64,000 nt of DNA, from the NCBI GenBank assembly GCA_047495785.1, contig JBLDXI010000015.1, positions 4,588,001 through 4,652,000 of the forward strand, written 5' to 3'. Positions 11,101 to 25,037 of the stretch are shown here, one piece after another. The DNA is from Lepidodermella squamata (Eukaryota; Animalia; Gastrotricha). How positions within the stretch are numbered: the first letter of the stretch is position 1; every line of letters starts with the position of its first letter. The notes below the pieces were generated by a model. That model did no database searches. It saw nothing but the letters and a program-made list of their open reading frames with translations, and had not been told where the DNA came from. Both the position numbers and the translations under genes were made by a program.

Positions 11101-13166
11101 TAAAACCTGGACATTTACTGATTTTCTTTTTGAAATTTCGGAGCATTTTTAGGCCTTCTTTAAGGCTTTTTCACCCAAGTAATCGAAATTTTCCGCCCGC
11201 AAGCTCTAAATATGGCTTCTTGATTTCAAGAAAATCTGGAAATTCAATTATTCAAACAAGAAATTTACAAAAGAATCGAATATTCAATCTTATCGCTAAA
11301 CCGATCAACTTCTTTTTTTTTAGGATTTTCGAAGCTGGCTGGTCTTAACTCGGCTCCCTCGTCTTCGTCGTCATCGCTAGCAAACGCCCCAGGTAGTGAG
11401 ACTGCTTCGCCATCGGCCGGCAATAGATCAGCGGCTTCAAATCACTGGTCGATGCGCCTAGTCAAGCAACTAGCGACCGCAACCGCCTCGGCTGCAGCCG
11501 CCGCCCTACCCCCACCTAACCTCCTACCCGACCTGGTTCGCGTTCTGGTCGACAACTGGATATTCCCACGATCAGAGGAGCCCGCAGCGAGTGTTGTCGG
11601 CGATGTCGATGTTCGAGATCTGAAGGCGTCGACCCCCGATAGCCTGGTGGAACGCATCGCTGTAACTGCTTGCGTGTTGAACGCAGCATTCGGCCAAGCA
11701 GCGGCTGTTCAATTCTGGCAAATAGTTTGCGGCAGGTTGCAGACGATGTGGGAAACGGGTCGGTCTCTGCCGCGAACCGACTCGGCTATACCGCCTGATA
11801 TGAAACAGAGCCTTGTAGCTCAAAAATTCCAGTTGCTAGCTTACTGCCTTGGTCAAAGGCTCAGGCGTGAGAGGGAAGTTGCTAACGCTGGCAGTGCTTT
11901 TATGGCTGACAACTCGAAGGACGCGCAGAAATCTGACGGCAGGCTCCGTATGCTGGACTCTGTCAACAAAACGCAGCTCGTTTCTGGCAAAGACGTGATT
12001 TACGTACCCGAGACGCAGGAACCGGAGCCCATGACTGAGGACGAGTTGCCGATGTTCCCCATTGAGTCGGAGGGGGAACCAGGCGCTGGTATCGGTTTCC
12101 AACATTCGATTCCGTGCCTACAATCCGACATGAGTTCCTTCAAGGCGGCTAATCCTGGATGTGAACTCATCGACTTTTTGCGTTGGTATTCGCCTCGCGA
12201 TGTGCAGACGTCACCGGACGGCACGCCTGTCCTCAGCTCGCGTATGTGTATACCTGATAATGTTTGGCTTTCAACTTGGGAAAAGGCGAAACCGACCCCG
12301 GCGCGACGTCAGAAACGGCTGTTCGACGAAACGAAGGCCGCGCATAATGTATTGAGGTGGTTCAGTGCGCTTGGCAACTCACCTCGCGATCTCATTCTCT
12401 ACCTCCTGCCGGTTGTGATGGGCGCGGCTCTTCGCAGGCTCCTCCGCGAGGCGAAAACAGTTCTACCGACTTCGAACGCGGCGCATCACGTTCCGAGCTC
12501 GAAATACGTGAAAGAAGCTGTCGATGCGGCTACTGAATCCGTTGTGCGAGCTAATAATGCTGTTTCGACCTATGCCCTACACCGATCAGCCGCGAATGCC
12601 GACGGCAGTGGCCGATCGACGCCTATGGACTTCGAATCAGGTGGGCAGTCACCGGGTGCTATCGCTACTGCGGCGCTATCTGCGGCTTTCGACGCAATCA
12701 ATGTTGCCGAGCAGCGCGTTGGTCTACTAGCCGCATTGAGGACAAAACTTTCCGGAGCGATCAGCGCAGGTGATGGAGCAGTTCTTGATGAATTTCTATT
12801 TGCTCTGCTCGCAAACTGCTCGGCTCAAAACAACGGCATCCCGTTTCCAGCGCCTGGAAAAACTCCGGTAATTACATTTGTCAGGGTTTCAGATCGACCC
12901 AAGATATCAAAAAACCTTGTAAATCTGAATTTTATTCATGATTTTTATTATTACAGACCATTCGCGGCGTGGTGCTATCGTTGATATCATCTGAATGTCA
13001 ATCGCCGATGGCTGTTAACACAGTCATTCGCGCCAACTGTCCGAGACCAGCCGCTTTCTCCCGATCCCTGCCCCACCGGCTGTCGGTACGGTTCCACCCT
13101 AACAATCCGACGGCATCATGCTCTCATCTCGCCGCTGCGTTTTCTCGTGATATCATTTTTGCATAA
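5116..13166 (+). CDS. RAB3GAP1: Rab3 GTPase-activating protein catalytic subunit, split by a 4.9-kb intron
   Basis: Exon 1 5116-6430 (DFTAVSEWERF). Phase-1 intron 6431-11323 rejoins in frame to exon 2 from 11324 (YVPETQEPEPMTED, LQSDMSSFKAANPG, DFLRWYSPRD, PARRQKRLFDET). Last exon ends PRPAAFSRSLPHR...AAAFSRDIIFA at 13166. Confidence 0.92.
6830..7102 (-). CDS. Small orphan protein with N-terminal hydrophobic segment, antisense in the RAB3GAP1 intron
   Basis: GC-rich island in an AT-rich intron: MEQFLAGVLAGVAFTAAASGAYHIISRY...GPAYHTRGAARRL; acceptor-like AG just upstream of the ATG. Confidence 0.45.
   Translation of the reverse strand: MEQFLAGVLAGVAFTAAASGAYHIISRYRDRDRQASNDDAVELGLLNNTGSTDSTTATPIVVRYPSRRMPDAMPEVDGPAYHTRGAARRL
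7110..7847. repeat. Two diverged ~170-bp direct repeats (7110-7278 and 7672-7847)
   Basis: Shared blocks in the same order: AATAAAACCTATTC, ATTATTAGCCATGTT, CGCGGGATGCTGC, AGCCCAAGCGAG, CTTTACCTGGC, GAAATTTACCTCTTGGCC. Confidence 0.85.
8739..8794. repeat. Exact 28-bp tandem duplication
   Basis: GCTCCTCCGTTCCTTCGCTCGGGCTCCT twice, at 8739-8766 and 8767-8794. Confidence 0.95.
9168..10683 (-). mobile_element. Ginger2/TDD-like (KRBA2/SCAND3-type integrase) DNA transposon, internally deleted
   Basis: TGT...ACA termini; 104-bp TIRs (9168-9271 and 10580-10683, 2 mismatches); 4-bp TSD TAAA (9164-9167 and 10684-10687); encodes an rve-type integrase. Confidence 0.9.
9365..10388 (-). CDS. Ginger-type transposase (H2C2 zinc finger, truncated rve core, Cys-rich tail), ~322 aa
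   Basis: Exons 10388-10174 and 10118-9365 (phase-2 intron). Motifs HIDLGHCG..CDIC, RAQVDLMD, YQDHFSKF, PVILHSDRGREF and GRARHPQ, then directly CNC..C..CRC..CNSRCH..C.N. Confidence 0.85.
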
Positions 13167-13412
13167 ATGAAACTCGGCAATCGTCATGAAAATTACGCGA
13201 TTATTTTGTTGTCCGATCTGTGAATTATTTGAAAAAAGTCAGTTGCTTTCAATAGCCAGTATTGTGTTCGGCATGAAAATATGCAATATGTTGGTATTCC
13301 AGGTATTATATTATTATTTATCATCCCAGTCTGTCTTGAAGTCTGATTAAAAATTGAAACAATTTTTTGTTAAATTTCATCTCTTGTTTATAGTTAACTT
13401 TAACTGATATTA

Positions 13413-14423
13413 ATGGGCGCAGAGCAAAGTTTGGAACAAGCCGACCCAGCGGGTGCTTCGCCTTTCTCTCGTCTTCTGCCTAAATCTGCTGGACCCTCAG
13501 GTCGGCCTGATGGTGTCGTTGTAGTGAGTGGACCGAACGCGGCGTCGTCATCTGGTCAAAGCGAGTTGGATAAATTGGCGAAAATCCCGCTCTTCACGCC
13601 TTTCATCAAGTCTTCAGTCAATATTTTCGGCTTTGATTCGAATTCTATAGATGGCTCGTCTTCCGCGGCACTTTCGAACAGTGCGACAGCCACTGGCCTC
13701 GGCCAAGCTCCGGCAATGTTTGACAGTCGAGCTCTGGCGGCGATAAGCACCCGCCTTCAAGAACACCTTCGCCAATGTGCCGAAGCTGTGGCTTTCGATC
13801 AGAATGCATTGTGCAATAGGATGAATGAAGTGAGTTATTCGTTCTGGTTTTGAAATTTTGATAATTTTTGATTTATTTACTCAGATCGATTTGTCGATTG
13901 CTGCGGCTAATTCTTGTCTGTCTGAACGCCATCGTCGCTATACCCGTTTAACTGAACAACTTTCGCAAACTAAGGACATGTGCGCTTTGGCTTCAAAGGT
14001 TCGAGCTGGCGTCGAACAGGTATGTCTTCTTACCAATCGCTATGTAGGTTTCATTTATTTTTTGCTACTACTTGATAGACTCATCGTGGTTTAATCGAGT
14101 TGAATAACCTACTGCCAGCTGATTTGAGGGTACCCATTCCGGAGCTGCCCAGTCGCGAGGCTGAAAGCAACAGAAGCAGTCGGGCTGTTTCGACGTCGAA
14201 CTCGATTGAGGTGCCAAAACGATCTCTTTTTGAAGCTCTTGCTTCGTCCGCCTCGTCCACCACTTCGTCCCACGCGCCCCAGCCTGAAGGTCCGGTTGCG
14301 AAGGAGGAAACGAAGGAAAACAACGAAAACGAAACTCCACAAGTAGCTTCGACTTCGAGCAATCAGCCAGCTACTGAAGGTGCTTCCGAACCGGCAGAAA
14401 GTGGCAACGCAACGGCTTCGTAA
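13413..14423 (+). CDS. BORCS5: BLOC-1-related complex subunit 5 (LOH12CR1/myrlysin)
   Basis: MGAEQS myristoylation start, IPLFTPFIK, RLQEHLRQCAEAVAFDQNAL, LNNLLP; exons ~13413-13829, 13885-14019 and 14079-14423. Confidence 0.9.
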
Positions 14424-16871
14424 TGGGACATGTACATCATTTGTGTCAAATCCGCCCCATTTTAATTGTTATTATCGTTATTATATTCTGTGATTTTTGT
14501 CTCGCTCGTGTCTGCAATTAATTCATGTTGTGATGATTTTTACGTAATGATAAGCATGGAGAATAAATTTTGCTTCATCATGAAATCGCCGGCTTTTGAA
14601 ATCATCGACATCGCGAAAATTCTCTTCGCTCTACTTCGCTTTTTTCGACGTAAATAGCGTTAAGCAGACAGAACTGAGAGAGCGCCACGTCCTATTTTCG
14701 ACCTAGGTAATCAGTGTCGATTTGCGTGAAGCGATCACGTCAATTGCGCCCGAATAATGGCGCACATTTTAGCACCGGCGAACCTTTGAAAACTGTGAAA
14801 ATTTGCTCGTATTATTGAAGTATTATCCAATTGAGCGCAATCGCGATGGGATGATCGAGGGGCAACACCTATGCCGTAAATCTGCGAATTGCATGTCAGT
14901 TTTTGCAGTTTGTTATCGCCATCAGTTGCTCACCTTAACGCAGTGCCGTTTGGCAACAGATTCCGGTGGTTAATAAGCAATAAATAATGGCATTATTAAA
15001 ATATAATTTTGATAGCTGCTATGAACTTGGGATAAACATCTCAGCCAGATGATGGGTCATTTCGCTACTGCTAATGACACACCTCTCGAGTGCTGCAAAA
15101 GGACAATTACGCCACAGTTATATATTGAGAGAGAGGTTTATATAGCACGTTAACGAACCCGCTCGGCGTGTTAATTTCCAAGTCATTAGACTGTCGAAGT
15201 CGACGACTTGTTTATTATTGCACTTCCGTGGACACGTCAGTGGCGCGCGCGCATATGATAGTGTCATCAGGCCCGTTCGATTGCATGCGGTCAGGCCATT
15301 AAAAATCGCCGATGAGATCGCTCGCGATGAAGTGCGCAATAAAGTGTCACCAAGTCATTTACGCTGCGCTCATTGAGCCATATGTTGTGATTTGCGTGTT
15401 TTGCTTACAGGTTTATTTTCATTATTGAGGCCCACCCTGAGTTTCGCGAAAACTTCGCGCAAGTGCTGATTACCCGCGGGTAAAGGTGATGCGAATGTCA
15501 TTTTGCTCTTCTAATTCGCTATGAAAGTGGACGAATTACGCGCTGTTCATTTGTCCTCATCAAAACGCAGGTGTATAAATTAGTTCCATGCAGAAATAAT
15601 TTGCTCGGTTTCATTGTGATGAAATGCGCGCGGCTCTCTCATCGGAACGAAGACGAAAGATGCGCTTATTGTAACTTTTAAATAGAGGTAAAAACTCTGC
15701 TGAGATGAAATAGCGAGATAGCATTAATGTTATAATGGAGGGCCATCAGCGCAATAATATCTACCGCGCCACCACGACACCATTTAAAAATACCAATTGA
15801 TAGTTGATTGAGTTGACAGACGAGCTGTCTGTCTACACTAATTCGAAACTAACAACGGCGACGCGCCCGGTTGAATGCAAGAAAACGGTGACCGCGCGGA
15901 CAAATGACGAGAGCACAGCCCCGTTTATATCGCAATGGAGCGAAAAATTATTATTATTATTAAGACCACACAATACACCCCTATATTAGTAACCCTGAAT
16001 AGCCCGCTTTTACGCACCTTGGGTATATGATGATGTGGCTTCTTCATAAAAGTGTGTTTATTTAAAAGAGACACCATTGCGCTAAAAGTGGCAGAGGGCC
16101 TTCTTCCCCCACCCACCTACCCGCAAAGCTGCCTTCAATAAGCGACGGCAAGCGCGCAACAGAATTGTGAAAAAAATTTGGTCATCGCAAATCAACATCG
16201 ACATCAACGAAGCCAACCAGCCGTAAAATTGCTCCACTGCTTGCAATAATAACAACAAACTGGCGGTGATGAGACGAGGTGGCACATACAATGAAACCTG
16301 CTAGATTGAAGAGCGAGCCTGTAAATACCAATTTACAGAACAATTTGCCTTTTTTGATAGGCGGTCTTTCAGCTCATGACGGCAGCATTTGATGGTGGCG
16401 AAAAGAAAATTCGACTTAAGAACAAATTTCACGCTCAACTGCACTATCTTTATTGCCACTAAGTTGTACTCATTTGTTCCAATGAAATGGAGGTCAGTAA
16501 AAAGAATAAATCTCATGACGACACATGAAAATCTGCTGTAATGAAACGTAAAATATCTGCAGTATCGAAGTGAAATCAATATTATGCGGATGAAAAGTGA
16601 AAGCAAAGCTGGCATAGTTTTAAACAAATGAATGAATTAGTGATAAACGTTAATAGGCAAATGACAACGGAATGATACAACTCCAATAATTTTCGCCTTT
16701 CAATATTCATTTTCTTATCTATTGATTTGAAATTTGAATTTCAACTGCTGCTGATTTGCTCGGGGATCGATAAACAACATCTTCTTTTTCCCAGTCGCTA
16801 AAACGATGCCCCAATTTATTGTTATAGAAAAGAGAGAGCAGCTGCGTGACAAATTTCGCGCATTTTAAAAA

Positions 16872-16941
16872 GGGGCGGAGCTTAGTAGTGCGCGCACTGA
16901 GGCGCCTTGGCCAATAGCGTCGCGGCGCACAGGCGCACGTG
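16872..16941 (+). promoter_or_regulatory. Candidate proximal promoter of the BarH gene
   Basis: GC box GGGGCGGAGC (16872-16881), CCAAT (16911-16915) and E-box CACGTG (16936-16941), ~120-190 bp upstream of the ATG. Confidence 0.45.
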
Positions 16942-17058
16942 ACTGTCGGGCTCACTGCGCGAACGGCAAGTTTACAACCAATTAACATATATTCACTGGT
17001 TGCTATTTTAACTGAAACTTGCCTTCTGACTTGGCATCGCCACTTTATTTATCACTCC

Positions 17059-18993
<1,935 letters not shown>

Positions 18994-21900
18994 TGAACTG
19001 TCAAATTGTCTTTGGTCTTTGTAATAAATCTTTATTATATATAATGTTTCGAAAAAAATCCAATTTCCTGAGTACTTCATTTGTGCTGCGAAGTATAGCA
19101 AGTACAATCATCACTTAACATATTTTATTGCAACGGTAGATGATTTTTGACGATTGAAAATTAACTATTCCTATTTCCGAAAATGTTGCTCTCTTGTCAT
19201 TTGTTTCTCAACTCTCTTTATTGTTTTGTTGTCAAAAACACGTATATCCGAATATCTTGTTATATTGATCGTTGTCGTTTTCGTTCTAATTTCCTTGCTA
19301 TATTCCAACACTAGTAGCGGTTTTGAAACAGATTTCATGAAAAAAGTTAATCAACAACTGCGCTATTATTAGTAGAAATGTATTTATGATATATAATTTT
19401 ATTCAACCGTGTAATTGTCAATAAAAAGGCTGACGAAAACTTTACTTTCTTTCATGTTTCATCACGGACAAAAATAGGTATTATTTTTCAATTTAGTCAT
19501 ATAGGTTGGGTTACCATGTTCTCGTTTTACAAGCGCATAGTACGTGTTTATTTAGAAAAAGTACAATCGAACTTGAAGCGCGAATATTCACGCGGCGATT
19601 GCTGGATCTGGCGCGTGCCGTGTTTTCAGTGTCAATGGGCGCAAATTTGACGCGTGAACTCGAGTGGCAGCCTGCCGACAAACGAAACGTGGCACGTTTT
19701 ACCGAATGGGTGATTGAATGGAAAAATTAAAACCATACCGTAAATAGCGCACGCGCCTGCTTAACAGTCAAAATAAAGGCTAATTATTTTTTATTCACGC
19801 GCCCACCTTCGCCGTTTTGCGGCATTTAATACCCACTCAACACTTTGTCTTTCACTTTTTGCGCGAGCTGAGTGGTCCACGCGCAGGGGGAGGGCGTCAA
19901 CCTGAGGCGTGTGTCGAAATAATGAAAAGTAAAATTGGGTCGCTTTTTGTCAAAAGCGAGCGACAAGTGCGCAACCAGCGTTACCACGGTCGCAGCGGTC
20001 CAGTTCAAGGTAGAGTGCACACAACATCATTAATAATTACTTTATTATTATTACTTTTGTACAAAAGTTTTGTTGCGTCGCTTGGAGTAAATTTCGTTCA
20101 CAAAACGACGTTTTCAACGCCGAGGTTAATGAACGGCAAAGTGGCGGCGGTTAACTGCGCTTTGTGCCCATTATTAGTAGTAGCTACGCGCGCGTTTTGG
20201 GCTCGGCCTCGTGTGAGCGCGTACAGGTAACAACCGCGACCGTGGATGACAAGGTTGCGCTTCGCGGCTAGTGCTATTAATGCCGCCGACAAGATTTATT
20301 AGTATCACTTACAGTAATTATCTAATTATTCTTACTACACTCACAGCCGGGACGGAGTTGATGATGATGATGACGACGATGCGAGTACTTTTGCGTATCC
20401 GTTGTTGTTTCATTGCTGCATTATGTTATCATCATTTATCATTTTATTTTAACAAGTACCAAAATGTCTTCTGCAGTAGTAGCACTGCCGCCGTGACACA
20501 TTTCGCTAACCACCACCACTACTAATAAAGCGGCGGCGCGTTGCTTAACGCCCTGTTGCGCGCACTTGCTCGCTTCCGCGTGTATTAGTATTTGCGCAAA
20601 TAAAACTGAGAAATAAATCGAAATCGAGGTTTGGCGTCAGCTCAAGCATGACACGCCGCGAAAATACGACGATGAAACCGATGAGACGGTGCAATTACAA
20701 AAGCTGCCAATTTTTCATCATCGAATTTTAAATACAATAACAAGTTATTTAGGGTGACTAAATTGAAGGAAGAGCGAACAAGCAAGCGAATGGCCGGCCA
20801 GTCGCGCTTGTTTCTCGTCATTTTAATGCGGCGCTCGGTCGGAAAGTCTAGTGTAAGAATACTTCATTATGATGCGGGCGGTTGAAATTTCGATCGCTTT
20901 ACAGAGAGTAGCGTGTTTATTAGCTGTTCGGCGCATGTTTTGGCGCCGCTGCAGGGTGTAACCAAGCGAGTACAAACGCACGCGCTTACTAGCTATAATG
21001 AGGTTAATCGGCAGACAATATATGGCTCAATTTCGATTAAATATATAATGGCATGTGTTGAATTTTTAACACTCCAACGAGTTTAATCAAAATCGTTTAT
21101 TCTGAAAGTGTGCGCGCTCACACTTGCGTTCGCGATTTCTTTTGCTCGTCGCCGAACATCCGTCTTTTGGCGCCATAGCATTTGATTTAATAGAGACAGC
21201 CATTGCCCAGGCCGATTTGCGACATGTGTCTGCGCCGGTCCCTACAGGCGCGATGCTTCATGGTTCGCTAGCTTAGGCCAGCGCAAGTTCTATCTAATAC
21301 CGAGTTTCCGCATGCGCTAATTGGAATGCATTTTGTGATTTGTTTTCAGCTTTTATAATTGCCGTTATTTTCTTTCTTCATCGTTTGTCACACCATAAAA
21401 TGGCATCGAAATTGCACAATTTTCGCTTCTCGCATGTATGACTTTGCTATTTCGCTGTGATATCATGGCGCATTAAATTTGACATGCCGCCCGACGCTTG
21501 ATTATAAAAATTTAGCAGCTCAATAAGTGTGAAATAAATGCGCTGATTTAAATCAACTCGAACATTTTTCGAGAAAATCATTGCCGAGTTTATGTAATTC
21601 GTTTTCGATCCCAAGTGACTGGGAGAGTTACACATGTTAGGAGACGAAAAAGACTGAACGAAAAGAAATTTGGGCACATGCATAGAAAAGAGAAGACGGT
21701 ACAAAATGAGATGAAACAAGGCAATATAAGAATCGAATGATCAGAGAATCTGGTCTGAGGCAACAGCCCATAAGGATATACCTAGCTACTTCGCGGCCGT
21801 ACAATGTTAAAAATAGCTAGAGCAGTTGCGAGACAACCTGTGAAGATGAACTAAAATACTCCGAAAGTATCTTATAAAAGAGAAGTACTGCAGTTTCTGT

Positions 21901-23181
21901 AATATTCAGAACTTCATATTACAAAACTCATGCTATATCAGTAAAAATTAACTCAGAATTTTTCATCGGCTTCGGTGGCTACTCGGCTGGGGTCAAACGG
22001 TACCATTCCACGTTGACTAAGAAATCCTGTCTCACTCACATTTTAGAGGGCGCCCTTTTTTCTTCTTACGATCCAATTTTAACCCCTTCTTCTAAGTTTA
22101 AGGAGTCATACCCCTTCTCACTGACCTTGCGCAGGTGCTCATGTCAAAGCCAAACGTTGGCGAGGCGATGATTGAGAGCCATCGACACGGTTGTAGCCGC
22201 AGTTAATAGGTGCAAACTTGACCAGCCGTATCCCCAACACTCGGTGGCTCCGAGACACATAGGACGTCCTTTGAGAAGTCCTCGGAGTAAAACACATCTA
22301 CTGATACTATTTTAACGCTGCTGTGGATTGTGTAACAAATCTCGAAAAATAAATTTGGGAATCAATTGCGAGATAGTGGATAATTAACAGGTTCGCGAGA
22401 CAGATGGCTTTGCGAAGGATTTCCATCGCCAATACTTGGAATGACGTGGAACATTCGAATGAAGTTTTCAATAGTATAAAATGAGCTGATCGTTCTCAGA
22501 ATATGGGCAGGTCCCGGGTTTTAATTCCGATGTTTTTAAATTCATAATCTTCAGGCCAAAAATTGGTCGGCAGATCGCTCATCGGCTTTCCAGGCGTTTC
22601 AACTTAAACGTCATGCTCGTGTCACAATTCTGGCGAAATTATTAGGTACCAAATGATTTCCCACAATTCAATCCAATAAGTGAGATCAAAAAAGCTTGCA
22701 GCTGAGCGGAAGCTTGCGTTTTGAAAATTAAAAATTAAAAAATCAAAACTTCAACCTTTGGGCAGGTCCCGGGACTCCGGGACTGCTGTTAGGCGGAAGC
22801 CGGACCCCGATTTTTTCTCTGTCTGTTTGTGACACCTGCAGCTACTTCAGGTCTTCATTCGTCTTGAGATTTTCTAAACTTGTTGATCTTTGATCCTAAA
22901 ATTTATTCTTGAGATTTTTTTACGTCTCGATATTTACATCAGGTATAACAGCCTTCACTGAGGTTACCGCGGTAAAATCGATCGTTTTTACAGGCACTTA
23001 GTTTTCTTTACTCCGCAGCCCAGGTAACTGCAGCGTATGGAATCCTAAGATTACGCATGCAATCAACAGCACTTACTCATTTTGTCGTGAACCACCTCCC
23101 TCGGTGATCCCTCGGTTAACGTGAATCACCTGAGCATCAGGTGTTCTTGATCACGCAACATGATCGACTGTTGTCGATGGT

Positions 23182-23565
23182 GTCATTCCAGTATCATATT
23201 TACTTTTTTCTCAATGAGGATACTCACGCTGCGCTATCATTCAGTTGAAATCAATCATTATTGTGAAATGACAGTGAAAATGAATGGCAGTGAACTCAGT
23301 GATCAGTGACATCATGTGAGTTTTGTGTCTAATAAAATTAAAGAAATGCCAGGAGAAAGATTCTCTTCGATCTATGTGTACGTCCAGGTTACACATTCGG
23401 AGAGTATCTTACCTCAATATGCATCTAGCAAATGCATGAAGGATGCACGCTCCTCTGATATCAATGCATCAAGAAGTCTATCGGCGTCATTCCAGTATTA
23501 TTTAATCTTTTCTCATCTGGATACTCACGCTGCGCTATCATTCTCTTAAATTCAATACCTTGTGA
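23182..23565. repeat. Two diverged ~80-bp direct repeats (~23182-23264 and ~23486-23565)
   Basis: Shared GTCATTCCAGTAT...TTTTCTCA...GGATACTCACGCTGCGCTATCATTC...TTGTGA. Confidence 0.8.
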
Positions 23566-23879
23566 TAAGTAATTTTTTAGTTTTGTTTCCGAAAAAGTAT
23601 TATCGGAAGAAAGCTTCTGTATGATACATATATAGCTAATTCCTCTAGGGGTACACAATCAGAGATCTAACCTAATAAGCGAGCAGAAGCATACTGCTCA
23701 GAGATAAAGCTACCCTGAGAAGTATCCGCAAATGGAACAATAATGACATCTCAGACAAGATCTAATGTATACGTTTTACTTACATATTTATCTTGAACAA
23801 TCTTAAGCAAACAATCATTGAAGGAATGAGAAAAATCAACTAGAAGCAACAATCAATCATTGACCAAATCATTGACCAG

Positions 23880-24356
23880 GTGAATACCTTGGAGATTAAT
23901 ATATCGAGCCAGATGCGGTACTGGCAGCCGCCAGATGATACTTGGAGTAGACCTCGAGGGCGACCAAAATTAAGGTGGATTGATTGCATCAAAAAACATC
24001 TGACAAATTAGGGATTATAAATTTTGAGGAGGCCGACGCCCTGACCCATGATAGAACTACTTGGAGACAAAAAATTCAGAGTTATTTTGGTGGAATTGAA
24101 ATATCAGATTCAGGGTGAGTTTTTGAGGTTTACGATCCAGGATAGGTAGCTTGCTACCGGTCCTCCTCCGACACTCGGTTCGCTTGGCGTGAACAAAATT
24201 TACATCACGCCCGGCTAATCGGGTACACCGGAGTGATTTTTATTTCATCATTTTTCCTTCTCATTTTTCTTCGTCTCTGTACACGTACTCAATTGTTATT
24301 GCCATGTTATTGTTGATTAATGAAGGAAAAGATAAAATATGCTATGCTATGCTATG
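23880..24356 (+). mobile_element. 5'-truncated RTE-clade LINE 3' end
   Basis: Degenerate translation WQPPDDTWSRPRGRPKLRWIDCIKKHL...A.DRTTWRQ, typical of an RTE ORF C-terminus; 3' UTR ends in (ATGCT)3 at 24339-24353; 5' boundary approximate. Confidence 0.7.
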
Positions 24357-25037
24357 ATGTCAAACTGGTGTCGCTCTTGGATGTTCTTTAGCTAAGGTTT
24401 ATGACTGATGTGATGCGACTCTCGATTTCGAGCTTCTGACGCGGATACGCCCGCAGCCACCGCTTAAGGGCGTCGACGTGGGTGGCCATACTCCTCTAAT
24501 GGTCGGAATGCTCAGAGGAACAAACATCTAAATCGTTTGTCGTCATCCCTCAGCCAGTTAGGGTGTTCATTAGAAGGGCTGTGCATCCAGTAAAGTCCTC
24601 TTGGATGATAGTCGGACTAGCCACTACGCTGACATTATGGTCATGTCGTTGAGTCGTTCGCGGCGCCCGGCTTGTCAGTACCCTACCCTACCCTAACTAA
24701 TACCTATGACCTGAGCACAATAAAACTGGATGAAGAATTCCGAGGAGAAGCTAGACAACTAACACACCAACTACACCTTTTTTCAATTGCAATTGCGGAA
24801 AATTCAAAACAGTTTGCAGGCACGTGGTTTATGTGTGACGGTTGTTTATCTGAAAATTTAAATTTAAATCACGTGCTCACGCCACCATTTCGTGTCATGT
24901 TTTGAGGCCAGAGACAACTCTTTCATGAACTTTCGAGAAAAGAAGAACGAAAAATGCTCTCAATATTCATCTCATGAAAAAAATTTATTTCCGAAATTTC
25001 TACAAAATTTTTGTTCAAAAAAATTATTCTCAAATTA

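Noticed and set aside
6470-11160. Possible TIRs for the outer RAB3GAP1-intron element (GCCAAAAATGCTCG near 6487 vs GAGCATTTTTAGGC near 11140)
   Set aside because: Short match in AT-rich DNA with no TSD; could be chance.
22520-22557. Hammerhead-like CTGAAGA...AAACATC on the minus strand
   Set aside because: The essential G of GAAA is missing and stem III does not pair.
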